Shown: positions 1 to 9,645 of the stretch, in pieces
Layout of the letters: each line of letters opens with the position of its first letter
Numbering within the stretch: position 1 is the first letter of the stretch
Source: an uncultured Alphaproteobacteria bacterium
GTDB taxonomy: Bacteria; Pseudomonadota; Alphaproteobacteria; HIMB59; GCA-002718135
Reading direction: 5' to 3'
Assembly: GCA_902595425.1 (NCBI GenBank)
Contig: CACJPV010000003.1
Location: 5,227 to 69,226 of the forward strand
DNA: 64,000 nt
Notes under the pieces: generated by a model
The model's input: only the letters and a program-made list of their open reading frames with translations
Database searches by the model: none
What the model was told of the DNA's origin: nothing
Program-made: the position numbers and the translations under genes

Positions 1-63
1 GTTATGACAAAAGTAATTGAGATTGGCTGTAAAGCAGCAATCGCAATTTCAAAAAAAATCTAA
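1..63 (+). CDS. 3' end of a gene entering from outside the window (…VMTKVIEIGCKAAIAISKKI*), product unknown
   Basis: Open frame 1-60 ending in TAA at 61-63, overlapping the convergent HNH stop codon; too short to identify. Confidence 0.4.
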   Translation, partial: VMTKVIEIGCKAAIAISKKI

Positions 64-632
64 TTTTCTAACTCAGTATCCCAATACAAGTAATCTCGCC
101 AACTATCATGTAAATAGTTTGGGGGGAAGTTGCGTCCATTGTTTTGCAGTTGTATCGAGTTTGGTTGAATAGGTTTTTTTAATAATTTCATATCGGTATT
201 CTGTAACAATTTACGACCCTTTTTTAAATTACAAGTTGTGCATGCTGATACTACATTTTGCCAAGTTGTTTTTCCATACAAGCATCTTGGCACCAAGTGA
301 TCGAAAGTAAGATCATTTGCAGGAAATTTTTTTGCACAATACTGGCAAGTAAAATTATCACGAAGAAAAACATTAAATCTTGTAAAAGCAGGTTTGCGTT
401 GTGGCATAACATAATCTTTTAATGCTATTACACTTGGTAATTTAAAAGATATAGTTGGTGAACTAACTGATTGTTCATATCGCTCAATAACAGATACACG
501 ATTTAAAAATACCGATTTGACAGCATCTTGCCATGAACATAAAGAAAGTGGGTAATAGGAAAGAGGTCGAAAATCTGCATTTAATACTAGTGCTGGATTT
601 CCAATAGCACTCATTTTTTTATACTTACCCAA
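60..632 (-). CDS. HNH endonuclease family protein (McrA-like); start may be the ATG at 614
   Basis: ALVLNADFRPLSYYPLS N-terminus, RDNFTCQYC, TFDHLVPR…WQNVVSACTTCNLKKG HNH/zinc motif. Confidence 0.85.
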   Translation of the reverse strand: MGKYKKMSAIGNPALVLNADFRPLSYYPLSLCSWQDAVKSVFLNRVSVIERYEQSVSSPTISFKLPSVIALKDYVMPQRKPAFTRFNVFLRDNFTCQYCAKKFPANDLTFDHLVPRCLYGKTTWQNVVSACTTCNLKKGRKLLQNTDMKLLKKPIQPNSIQLQNNGRNFPPNYLHDSWRDYLYWDTELEN

Positions 633-673
633 GTCATATTATAAGATTGATATAATATGAAGATTCGAATCCA

Positions 674-1348
674 TCATAGTATTTTTTTTATAAAATTTTG
701 TAATAAACTTATTGCCTCAGGAGAAATATTATGCCCATCTGAGGGTATTGCATGTGACTCAAAATTGCATTTATTAGCTTTTAAATATTCTATAGATTTA
801 TAATAGCTTTGTATTGGAATAACTTCATCTTGCTCACCATGCAAAATAAAAATTGGGGTTTTTTTTAAAATAGAATTTTTAATAGGGCCCTCTTTCATTA
901 TACGACCAGAAAGAATTATTAACCCTCCTATCTTTTCTGATAATTGATTTCCAACTTCAAATGTCATCATCCCGCCTTGTGAAAAACCCATCAATATGCA
1001 ATCAGCTAGTGTTAAATCAAGCGAGTCACAGTATTGTTCCATGGTGTAAATAATTTTATTAACAACTTCATCAATTTCCTTTTGAATTTGTTCAAATTCT
1101 TTTGGACCAGCTTGTGCAATATAGATACCGTTAGGGTATAAATCAAACCATTGATAGCCCATTAAATTACCTGGTATATAGCCAGGTCCATTTAGAGCGA
1201 CATACTGTGCCTCCCAATCATCCAAGTCAATTGGGTGAGCAAGATGCATGAAATTTGCTGCATTATCTCCATATCCGTGGAGCATAAAAATTAGTTTTTT
1301 TGGATTATCATGCTTGGAAATTGATGGTCCATTTAGAATTTCAGACAT
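674..1348 (-). CDS. Phospholipase/carboxylesterase (alpha/beta hydrolase)
   Basis: LHGYG oxyanion motif, GFSQG nucleophile elbow, HGEQDEVI Asp, GHNI His. Confidence 0.85.
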   Translation of the reverse strand: MSEILNGPSISKHDNPKKLIFMLHGYGDNAANFMHLAHPIDLDDWEAQYVALNGPGYIPGNLMGYQWFDLYPNGIYIAQAGPKEFEQIQKEIDEVVNKIIYTMEQYCDSLDLTLADCILMGFSQGGMMTFEVGNQLSEKIGGLIILSGRIMKEGPIKNSILKKTPIFILHGEQDEVIPIQSYYKSIEYLKANKCNFESHAIPSDGHNISPEAISLLQNFIKKIL

Positions 1349-1409
1349 ACCTTAATATATGCGACAATTCATGGTTCGTTCAAGAGAAGATTTGCACTAT
1401 ATGATTATT

Positions 1410-1604
1410 ATGGATGTTTTACAAATTGTATTAGTTGTATTTATGGCAGGAGCACTTGGTGCAGTTGTGATTGGTGTTATTGCGATGGCTGTAAATGGAA
1501 AACTTAATAAAAATCATAGTAATAAACTAATGCGTCTTCGTGTATTGTTTCAGGCGATTGCAGTTCTAGTTTTTGTAATTATTATTTGGCTTTCAAGGAA
1601 TTAA
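1410..1604 (+). CDS. HIG1-like twin-transmembrane-helix small protein (start 1401 or 1410)
   Basis: Two hydrophobic helices flanking the SNKLMRLRVLFQAIA motif typical of the family. Confidence 0.8.
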   Translation: MDVLQIVLVVFMAGALGAVVIGVIAMAVNGKLNKNHSNKLMRLRVLFQAIAVLVFVIIIWLSRN

Positions 1605-1664
1605 GCCAAATTTACCTACTAGAAAAAAATATTTTTTTTTAGTATAAGGCAAATAGAGGTTGTT

Positions 1665-1844
1665 ATGGGTATTCATTTTAATCATAAATCAAAAGCGGGA
1701 GACCGCAAAATGCAAAAAGAATTAAAGCTAAAAATGAAAGCTGAAGAGCGTAAAAAAAAACGTGAAGAGCAAGAACGTCTTAAACAAGAAGAAGAAATGA
1801 AAAAATTAGAAGAACTCACAAGACCCGACAAAACTGCTGATTAA
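1665..1844 (+). CDS. Unannotated 59-aa highly charged small protein
   Basis: ATG 1665 preceded by GAGGT (1656-1660); MGIHFNHKSKAGDRKMQKELKLKMKAEERKKKREEQERLKQEEEMKKLEELTRPDKTAD, TAA 1842-1844; fills the intergenic gap. Confidence 0.7.
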   Translation: MGIHFNHKSKAGDRKMQKELKLKMKAEERKKKREEQERLKQEEEMKKLEELTRPDKTAD

Positions 1845-1860
1845 TAAAAATTTATATTTT

Positions 1861-2670
1861 TTATACTGGATGATTTTTTCTAATAAATTTCTTCAATATT
1901 TCTAGAGATTTACCTGCTTCCTCCAATAAGATCATATGCCCACAATTTTCAATTATTTCTACTTCTGAATTTTCAATATTTTCTGCTAATTTTTTACCAG
2001 CTTTAACTGGACACATTCTATCTCTGTCACCAAGTATATTGATAGCTGGACATTTAATTTTTTTTGCTGCCTCGAAACCATTTTTATAATTGTCACATGC
2101 TCTAAAATCTACTCCAAGGGCATTTTTTACAGAACCATTCACTACAATTGAACCGCCGAGATTCATATGATGAAGCCCAGGAACTGGATGACCTCCAAAG
2201 TGCCCTGCTGGACCATGAGCCCAATCCATCATAAGATCTACTGCTTTTGAATCTCCTTTTTCTGCCAAATCTAATAATTCTGGATTCATTGGTATTGCTC
2301 CTGCTCCACCCATTAATCCAATTGATTTAACTTTTTCAGGAAATTGTGATGCGCATTCTAAAACAATTAAGCATCCTTGTGAATGACCAACTAAAGATGC
2401 TTCTTTCATTTCTACTGAGTCAATAACATCAGATATCCATTTACCCTGTTCTTCAATAGATTCTAAGGCAGGCCCTTCAGAATAGCCATGTCCAGGAAGG
2501 TCAATTGCAAGAATACTATAGCCATGAAAAGCAAAATAACGGGTTTGTAAAACCCAAGTAATATGACTTAACCCACTGCCATGAATAAAAATAATAAGAG
2601 GTTTTTTTTTATCAAAAGGCCTTCCACCAGTTGAAGCAAAAACCTCTTTATTATTTACTTTAAACTTCAT
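1861..2670 (-). CDS. Alpha/beta hydrolase, translationally coupled to metY
   Basis: FIHGSG, DLPGHG, GHSQG nucleophile, CGHM His; ATGA overlap with the metY stop. Confidence 0.85.
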   Translation of the reverse strand: MKFKVNNKEVFASTGGRPFDKKKPLIIFIHGSGLSHITWVLQTRYFAFHGYSILAIDLPGHGYSEGPALESIEEQGKWISDVIDSVEMKEASLVGHSQGCLIVLECASQFPEKVKSIGLMGGAGAIPMNPELLDLAEKGDSKAVDLMMDWAHGPAGHFGGHPVPGLHHMNLGGSIVVNGSVKNALGVDFRACDNYKNGFEAAKKIKCPAINILGDRDRMCPVKAGKKLAENIENSEVEIIENCGHMILLEEAGKSLEILKKFIRKNHPV

Positions 2671-3977
2671 TTATTTGATACAAGTCTTGGTTTTTTTGCT
2701 GCTCTAAAACCATCCTCAAAATCATTAATGATATCTTCAATATCTTCTATTCCAACTGAAAGTCTAATCATGTCATGAGACATATTTGCTAATTTTAAAG
2801 TGGCTTCATCCATTTGAGAATGAGTAGCAGAGGCAGGATGGATAACTAATGTTCTAGTATCACCGACATTTGCTAAATGAGACGCTAGTTTAACATTGTC
2901 AATAAATGCAGCTCCAGCTTCTTTTCCTCCTTTAATACCAAAAGCAATCATTGATCCAGTACCTTTAGGTAATAACTTTTTTGCTAATTCATAATCTGGA
3001 TTATCTTTAAGACTTGCATGAGAAACCCAAGCGACACTTTCATGGTTACTCAAATACTCAACCATTTTTAGAGCATTTGAACAATGTTTTTCCATTCGGA
3101 CTGATAGAGTTTCAATACCTTGCAAAACATTCCAAGCGTTTTGAGGACTTAAACAAGGTCCCATGTCTCTCATTCCTTCAGCTCTTGCTTTCATCGTAAA
3201 AGCTACCGGACCAAATTCTTCAGCAAAAGACAAGCCATGATAACCTTCATAGGGCTCAGTCATAGTAGGAAATTTATCTGTTTTTAAAAAATCAAATTTC
3301 CCTCCCTCTACCAAAATTCCTGCCATTGATGATCCATGTCCCGCCATCCATTTAGTTAAAGAATGAACCACAAAGTCCGCACCATGTTCCAATGGTTTAA
3401 ATAAATATGGAGTTTGATAAGTGCTATCAATTATAACAGGAATACCAGCCTTATGAGCAATGTTTGATATTTCGGGTAAGTTCATTAATTCATTTCCAGG
3501 ATTTCCAACTAATTCTCCAAAAATACATTTAGTATTTTCTTGGATCGCTTTTTTGAAACCTTCTGTGTCCCTAGGCTTCACAAAAGTTGCTTTTATCCCA
3601 AATTTTGGAAGAGTTAATCTAAATAAATTTACCGTTCCACCATATAATTGAGAAGACACAACCACATGATCGCCCGCATTACATAATGTCATAATAGTTA
3701 AAAAAATTGCACTCATGCCTGATGCTGTTGCTAAAGCTGCAGTTCCACCCTCTAATGCTGCAACACGTTCTTCTAAAACCTGAACTGTTGGATTTGAAAT
3801 TCTACTATATATATGACCACCTCGCTCCAAGTTAAATAATGCTGCAGCGTGATCAACATCATCAAACATGTAAGATGTTGTTTGATAAATTGGTACTTGT
3901 CTTGAGCCTGCATTTTTACTTGGCATATATCCTGCATGTAAACTTAAAGTATCAAATTTATAAGTTTTTGGATCCAT
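2667..3977 (-). CDS. metY: O-acetylhomoserine aminocarboxypropyltransferase (sulfhydrylase)
   Basis: PIYQTTSY, YSRISNPT, HSLTKW PLP-lysine, HLANVGDTRTLVIHPASATHSQ, IRLSVGIED. Confidence 0.85.
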   Translation of the reverse strand: MDPKTYKFDTLSLHAGYMPSKNAGSRQVPIYQTTSYMFDDVDHAAALFNLERGGHIYSRISNPTVQVLEERVAALEGGTAALATASGMSAIFLTIMTLCNAGDHVVVSSQLYGGTVNLFRLTLPKFGIKATFVKPRDTEGFKKAIQENTKCIFGELVGNPGNELMNLPEISNIAHKAGIPVIIDSTYQTPYLFKPLEHGADFVVHSLTKWMAGHGSSMAGILVEGGKFDFLKTDKFPTMTEPYEGYHGLSFAEEFGPVAFTMKARAEGMRDMGPCLSPQNAWNVLQGIETLSVRMEKHCSNALKMVEYLSNHESVAWVSHASLKDNPDYELAKKLLPKGTGSMIAFGIKGGKEAGAAFIDNVKLASHLANVGDTRTLVIHPASATHSQMDEATLKLANMSHDMIRLSVGIEDIEDIINDFEDGFRAAKKPRLVSNK

Positions 3978-3978
3978 A

Positions 3979-5610
3979 TTAAATCTCCTTTGCGTTTTTC
4001 CTTAGTTCAAATTTTTGTATCTTGCCTGTAGATGTTTTCGGTAATTCACCAAAGATTACATTTTTTGGCCTCTTAAATCCAGCCATATTTTCTTTACAAA
4101 ACTTAATAATTTCCTCTTCTGTAGAATTTTGTCCAGGCGCTAGTTCTACAAAGGCGCATGGTGTTTCACCCCATTTTTCATCTGGCTTGGCTACAACTGC
4201 AACTAATGAGACTGCTGGGTGCTTTGCTATTACATTTTCTACTTCTACTGATGAGATATTTTCCCCACCAGAAATTATAATATCTTTAGATCGATCTTTT
4301 ATTTGAATATATCCATCAGGGTAAACAACTGCTAAATCACCAGAATGAAACCAACCATTTCTCATTGAAGTTTCAGTTGCCTCTTTGTTTTTATAATATC
4401 CTTTCATTACAACATTTCCACGCATTAAAATTTCACCCATAGTTTTTCCATCTCTTGGAACAGGAATATATGTCTCGGGATCAACAACTATAGCTTCTTC
4501 AAGATTTGGATAGCGCACGCCTTGTCTTGCATTTAAATCTGCTTTTTCACTATTAGATAAATTATTCCATTCTTCATTCCATGCACATTGTAATACATGC
4601 CCATATGTTTCGGTTAGTCCATAAACATGCATTACTTCAAATCCTAAGTTATCCATTTTTTCTAAAATTGCACTTGTTGGTGGCGCTCCTGCTGTTAACA
4701 CATAAATTTTATGTTTAATTTCTTTTTTGTCTTTATCTTCAGCGTTTGCAATTAAATTCAATACAATTGGTGCTCCACCAAAATGTGTTACTTTATGTTT
4801 ATCAATTAAATTATAAATATCTTTAGCAACAATATATCTACAACACACCACTTTGGCATGAACTAATGCAGCTGTCCATGGATACCCCCATCCATTACAA
4901 TGAAACATGGGTACTGTTGCAAGAAAAGTTAGTTTGTTTGTCATGTTCCAGGCTGTGACACTACCTGTTGACATAAGATATGAACCCCTGTGATGATAAA
5001 CAACTCCTTTAGGTTTTCCTGTTGTGCCTGAAGTATAACTAAGTGATATTGCTTGCCATTCATCTTCTGGAAAGGACCAATTAAAATTATCCTCGCCTGT
5101 ATTTAAAAATTCTTCGTAAGTCCAATCACCAATTTTTTCTCCTTCACCTTCTTTAAAAATTGCCTGATCATCATGAATATCAATAATGGGGATTTTTTTT
5201 CCATAAATGCTCAAGGCTTTTTTGATAGTTGGTGAAAATTGTGTATCAGTGATTAATAATTTAGCATCACTATGCTCTAAAATGTAAGCAATTGTCTGAG
5301 CGTCCAGACGTGTATTGATTGTATTAACTACACCTCCTGTCATTGGAATTGAATAATGAGCCTCTAAAAGTTCAGGTGTATTTGCGGCAATTATAGAAAC
5401 AGTGCTTCCAAGGCCAATACCTTTTTTTGTTAGAGCACTAGCAAATTTTGTACAACGATTATAAGTTTGTAACCATGTATAACTTCTATTTCCATAAACA
5501 ACTGACTCATAATTAGGATAAATATCTTTAACTCGAGTAATAAAACTTAAAGGAGTTAAAGGTACATAATTTGCTTTATTCTTATTAAGATCTGTTGAGA
5601 ATTGATTCAT
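3979..5610 (-). CDS. dmdB: Acyl-CoA synthetase, probably 3-methylmercaptopropionate-CoA ligase (DmdB-like)
   Basis: YTSGTTGKPKG AMP-binding loop, YGLTE, RSKDIIISGGENISS; ANYVPLTPLSF N-terminus and HHRGSYLM…GSVTAWNM resemble SAR11 DmdB as I recall it. Confidence 0.7.
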   Translation of the reverse strand: MNQFSTDLNKNKANYVPLTPLSFITRVKDIYPNYESVVYGNRSYTWLQTYNRCTKFASALTKKGIGLGSTVSIIAANTPELLEAHYSIPMTGGVVNTINTRLDAQTIAYILEHSDAKLLITDTQFSPTIKKALSIYGKKIPIIDIHDDQAIFKEGEGEKIGDWTYEEFLNTGEDNFNWSFPEDEWQAISLSYTSGTTGKPKGVVYHHRGSYLMSTGSVTAWNMTNKLTFLATVPMFHCNGWGYPWTAALVHAKVVCCRYIVAKDIYNLIDKHKVTHFGGAPIVLNLIANAEDKDKKEIKHKIYVLTAGAPPTSAILEKMDNLGFEVMHVYGLTETYGHVLQCAWNEEWNNLSNSEKADLNARQGVRYPNLEEAIVVDPETYIPVPRDGKTMGEILMRGNVVMKGYYKNKEATETSMRNGWFHSGDLAVVYPDGYIQIKDRSKDIIISGGENISSVEVENVIAKHPAVSLVAVVAKPDEKWGETPCAFVELAPGQNSTEEEIIKFCKENMAGFKRPKNVIFGELPKTSTGKIQKFELRKNAKEI

Positions 5611-5664
5611 GGGATTGTTTATAGCATTAAAAAAAATAATTAAAATCCCTAGTCAAAAGAAGAA

Positions 5665-7968
5665 TTAATTAAATAGAGGTTTTCCTGTATCAAGGGTATG
5701 TCTAATACGATCTTGTGTAGGTTTTTGCTTTATTAAATCAATAAAAATTTCTCTTTCAAGGTCATATAGGTTTTGCTCAGTTAAAACTGATGATGAATTA
5801 GTCTCACCACCACTTAGCATGTAACCTAATTTTTTTCCAACTTCGACACCATGCTGACCTATTATTTTTTTGTCTTTTAATTGATTTAAAATATCAATCA
5901 TTTCAGACATTACTGTTGCTCCAGGCAAAACAAATGAAGTACTTTCTAATGATTTGTAATTTTGTTTCTTGGAAAAAATTATTTTATCAGCCTCTTCTAT
6001 TAATCTGTCCTTACTCATAACAATTGTATCTTGCTCACCTAGGAATTTGTGAAACTTTGCTTTTATTGGTGAGTCAGCAGTAGTTGCATAGCCAATTAAA
6101 TTAAAAACTTTTAGCGATAATAATTTTGGATCATTTTTTATTTCAGAATTATTAGCCCAACGTCTTAACATTTCTTTGCAACCACCTCCTGCGGGTATTA
6201 AACCTACTAGGGATTCCACTAAACCAAGTACAGAATTGGAGTGTGCTGCTATAAAACTCGTTTGTGAAATAACTTCATATCCACCTCCAATAGCTAAGCC
6301 TGAGGGACAAGACACAACTGGAAATTCTGCATGTTGGAGTTGGTAAAGTGACTGTTGGAAATTATTAAGAAATTTATCTATCTCAATGAATTGTTTATTT
6401 ATAGCTTTATCAAAAAAATAATTTAAATTAACCCCTGCAGAAAATTGCATAGCATCATTAGCAATAATTATCCCATCATACTTTTTGCTAGTTAACTCAT
6501 AAGCTTTCATTAAACAGTCATTAGTTAAGCCATCTAGAGCGTTTGCTTTTGTATGAAACTCAACACAGAGAGATCTTGATTTTCCTAATATTTCCCAAAT
6601 AGAAGCTGAAGAATTTGAATAAATAGGATTTGAAGATTTCTTTATATCCGATAAAGATATTACACCGTCTGGCCTCGACATTGGAGTATAAGATTTTTTT
6701 GGATGAAAATATTCTAGTGAATTATTGGACAGACTGAACAAAGAATTATTTTGATCCCGAAGTTGTTTTAAAAAAGAGGGAATATGATCATCATTGTTTA
6801 ACTTTGAAATAAAATTTTCAATTCCAATTTCATTAAGTATTTCAAAAGGACCTTTAGACCAATTAAATCCACATTTCATAGCATCATCAATGTCATTAAA
6901 GTTTTCAGTTACATTTGGAACTAGACTTGAAGCATATAAAATTGTTTTTTTCAAAATTGACCATGCGTATTCTGCATAAACATCTTTTCTATTAAGAACT
7001 TTGGCAATGTCCATTACATCTGGAAGTTTTAAATCTACTTTTTTAGACTCATTATAGGTATTGTTTATATAATTTAGTGACTCTAAAACTTTTACACCTG
7101 AAGATTTATTCATTCTAAAAAAACCACCCTTGCCTTTTCTACCAGTGTATCCATCTTTAATAAGCTGATTAATTATAGGAAGCTCCTTACCTACGTCATG
7201 AAAAGGATCACTCTCAGGTAGCTCTTTAATAAAGCTTTTCAAAACATCAGCCATAAGATCAATGCCTATTAAATCATACAAGCCAAATATTCCTGTTTTA
7301 GGAATGCCAAGAGGTCTACCAAAGACAGCATCCGCTTCTTCAACACTTAATCCAAGATTAAAGGCTTCCGTCATTGCGACTTGCATCGCATAGACTCCAA
7401 CACGGTTACCTAAAAATCCTGGGGAGTCGTTACAAACAACAACTGTTTTGCCTAATACTTTATCACCAAATGCCACTAGATCATTTATTTTTTCTTTATT
7501 GTTTTCTTTTCCAATTACCAGTTCGAGCAACCTCATATATCGAACAGGATTAAAGAAATGTGTGATGCAAAAAACTTCTTTCATCTTTTCAGACATATCT
7601 TCAGTTAAAACACTGAGAGGAATTGAAGATGTGTTTGATGAAACAAAAGCACCTGGTTTGCGCAAAGAATCAATTTGTGAGTAGAGAGTTTTTTTTATAT
7701 CTATTCTTTCAACAACAGCTTCAACAACCCAGTCAGCTTCTTTTAAACATTCAAGGTCATTCTCAATACTTCCAGGAGTAATCAAACTTATGCTATTCTC
7801 TTCCATTAATAGAGGTGGTCTAGATTTTTTTATTCGTTCGCAAGCATTGCTAGCAATCTCTTTAGTCAAATCAAGTAATTGAACATTGATTCCAGCATTT
7901 GCAACTTGTGCCGCAATACCGCTTCCCATCGTTCCAGAGCCAATAACTACAACTTTTGAAATTTTCAT
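5665..7968 (-). CDS. 3-hydroxyacyl-CoA dehydrogenase/enoyl-CoA hydratase family protein (FadN-like)
   Basis: VIGSGTMGSGIA NAD fold, EAVVER, SNTSSIP, HFFNPVRYMRLLE; C-terminal crotonase motifs FSAGVNL and AIGGGYE. Confidence 0.85.
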   Translation of the reverse strand: MKISKVVVIGSGTMGSGIAAQVANAGINVQLLDLTKEIASNACERIKKSRPPLLMEENSISLITPGSIENDLECLKEADWVVEAVVERIDIKKTLYSQIDSLRKPGAFVSSNTSSIPLSVLTEDMSEKMKEVFCITHFFNPVRYMRLLELVIGKENNKEKINDLVAFGDKVLGKTVVVCNDSPGFLGNRVGVYAMQVAMTEAFNLGLSVEEADAVFGRPLGIPKTGIFGLYDLIGIDLMADVLKSFIKELPESDPFHDVGKELPIINQLIKDGYTGRKGKGGFFRMNKSSGVKVLESLNYINNTYNESKKVDLKLPDVMDIAKVLNRKDVYAEYAWSILKKTILYASSLVPNVTENFNDIDDAMKCGFNWSKGPFEILNEIGIENFISKLNNDDHIPSFLKQLRDQNNSLFSLSNNSLEYFHPKKSYTPMSRPDGVISLSDIKKSSNPIYSNSSASIWEILGKSRSLCVEFHTKANALDGLTNDCLMKAYELTSKKYDGIIIANDAMQFSAGVNLNYFFDKAINKQFIEIDKFLNNFQQSLYQLQHAEFPVVSCPSGLAIGGGYEVISQTSFIAAHSNSVLGLVESLVGLIPAGGGCKEMLRRWANNSEIKNDPKLLSLKVFNLIGYATTADSPIKAKFHKFLGEQDTIVMSKDRLIEEADKIIFSKKQNYKSLESTSFVLPGATVMSEMIDILNQLKDKKIIGQHGVEVGKKLGYMLSGGETNSSSVLTEQNLYDLEREIFIDLIKQKPTQDRIRHTLDTGKPLFN

Positions 7969-8073
7969 TTTTTAAGAGTTTATATAGATAATTTAGTAAA
8001 TCTCACTAAAAGAAATATAAAAAAATCACGTATTTGGATGAAAATTATTGTAAATAGCTTTATAGCCCACGCG

Positions 8074-9456
8074 ATGAAAAAAAACCCATCTAGAAATAAC
8101 CATTTAAATAAAGGTCCTTCTAAATTACTTGAGGCTATTAATAGCTCAATTGATGTAGATCAAAGAATGTACAAAGAAGATATTGAGGGCTCAATAGCAC
8201 ATGCTAAAATGCTGGGTAGACAAAAAATTATCACCAAAAAAGATGAAGTAAAAATAGTCAATGGCCTTAAAGTAATATTAACTAATATTCAAAAAGGTAA
8301 AGTAAAATTCAAAAAAGAGTTGGAAGATATTCATATGAATGTTGAGTCTATGCTTTTTCAGCATATTGGAGCAACGGCCGGCAAATTACATACTGCTCGA
8401 TCAAGAAATGATCAAGTGGTGACTGATTTCAAACTTTGGATAAGAAATAATAGTGCTGATCTAGATAAAATGCTTCAGAAATTACAAAAGGTTTTAATTA
8501 ATATTGCAAAAAAACATACTGACACAATCTTACCTGGCTACACACACTTACAAGTTGCTCAGCCTATTTCATTAGCACATTATTCTCTTGCTTATGTTGA
8601 GATGGTGGGTCGAGATAGACAAAGGTTAAAGAATTGTATTGAAATATTAAATGAAAATCCGCTTGGCTCTGGTGCTTTAGCAGGAACATCATTTCCTATT
8701 GATAGAAATTATACTTCAAGTTTATTAAAATTTAAAAAACCAACGGTTAACGCACTCGACAGTGTTTCTGACAGAGATTTTGCTGTTGAGTTTTTATTTA
8801 TTTTATCTCTAATTAGTATTCACCTATCAAGAATGGCTGATGAAGTTATTCTTTGGGCTAATCAACAATTTAACTTTGTAAAATTACCTGATGAGTTAGC
8901 CATGGGTAGCTCCATCATGCCACAGAAAAAAAACCCAGATGGTGCTGAATTAGTAAGAGGTAATTCTGGAAAAGTAATAAGTAATTTGAATGCTTTGTTA
9001 ATAATTCTTAAAGGATTGCCTTTAGCCTACAGTAAAGATTTGCAAGATGATAAAAAAATTATTTTTTCTTCATTTGATAATGTTTCTCTAGCCTTAGAAG
9101 TAATGACTGAAATGTGGTCGAGTATTACCTTCAATACTCATGTAATGAAAGAAGCTGTAAAAAATTCTAACGCAACAGCAACAGATTTTGCTAATTGGCT
9201 TGTTCAACACCTGAATTTTTCTTTTAGAGAAGCATACCATTTGACTGGAAAAATAGTTGCTTATGCTAATAAAAAAAATAGAAATTTAGATCAGTTAAGC
9301 TTAGAAGAATTACAAAAATTTAATAAAAAAATAAGCATTGACGCAAAAAATACTTTTTCAGTTGAAGAAAGTGTTAAAAATAAAAAAAGTTTTGGAGGGA
9401 CATCTCCACAAAGTGTTAAACAAACAATCAAATATGCTATAAAAAAATATCTCTAA
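8074..9456 (+). CDS. argH: Argininosuccinate lyase (start likely ATG 8074)
   Basis: EDIHMNVE, LHTARSRNDQV, PGYTHLQ, GSSIMPQKKNPD signature. Confidence 0.95.
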   Translation: MKKNPSRNNHLNKGPSKLLEAINSSIDVDQRMYKEDIEGSIAHAKMLGRQKIITKKDEVKIVNGLKVILTNIQKGKVKFKKELEDIHMNVESMLFQHIGATAGKLHTARSRNDQVVTDFKLWIRNNSADLDKMLQKLQKVLINIAKKHTDTILPGYTHLQVAQPISLAHYSLAYVEMVGRDRQRLKNCIEILNENPLGSGALAGTSFPIDRNYTSSLLKFKKPTVNALDSVSDRDFAVEFLFILSLISIHLSRMADEVILWANQQFNFVKLPDELAMGSSIMPQKKNPDGAELVRGNSGKVISNLNALLIILKGLPLAYSKDLQDDKKIIFSSFDNVSLALEVMTEMWSSITFNTHVMKEAVKNSNATATDFANWLVQHLNFSFREAYHLTGKIVAYANKKNRNLDQLSLEELQKFNKKISIDAKNTFSVEESVKNKKSFGGTSPQSVKQTIKYAIKKYL

Positions 9457-9644
9457 TGAAAAATTATCTATATATTTTAATATTCTCACTTTTTCTAATT
9501 AGTTGTGGCAAGGTGGGTCCTTTAAGTTTGCCTGAAGATAAATTGGATAAATCTGTAATTACCTACCCATGTGATGAAGCATGCATGGAAAAGTTTGAAG
9601 CTGAGAAAGAACGTCAGCAATCAGTTATTATTCAAACAGAGTAA
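9456..9644 (+). CDS. Small lipoprotein, LppL/LptM(YifL)-like
   Basis: Lipobox LISC followed by GKVGPLSLP; usual position between argH and lysA. Confidence 0.8.
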   Translation: MKNYLYILIFSLFLISCGKVGPLSLPEDKLDKSVITYPCDEACMEKFEAEKERQQSVIIQTE

Positions 9645-9645
9645 A

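Noticed and set aside
60-632. HNH nuclease as a mobile, defence or RNA-guided element
   Set aside because: No RuvC motifs, flanking repeats, methylase or adjacent ncRNA; it resembles the conserved chromosomal HNH gene found beside the esterase in Alphaproteobacteria
8074-8130. ArgH N-terminus lacks the usual WGGRF motif
   Set aside because: All catalytic signatures are intact and the frame is continuous, so this looks like divergence rather than pseudogenisation
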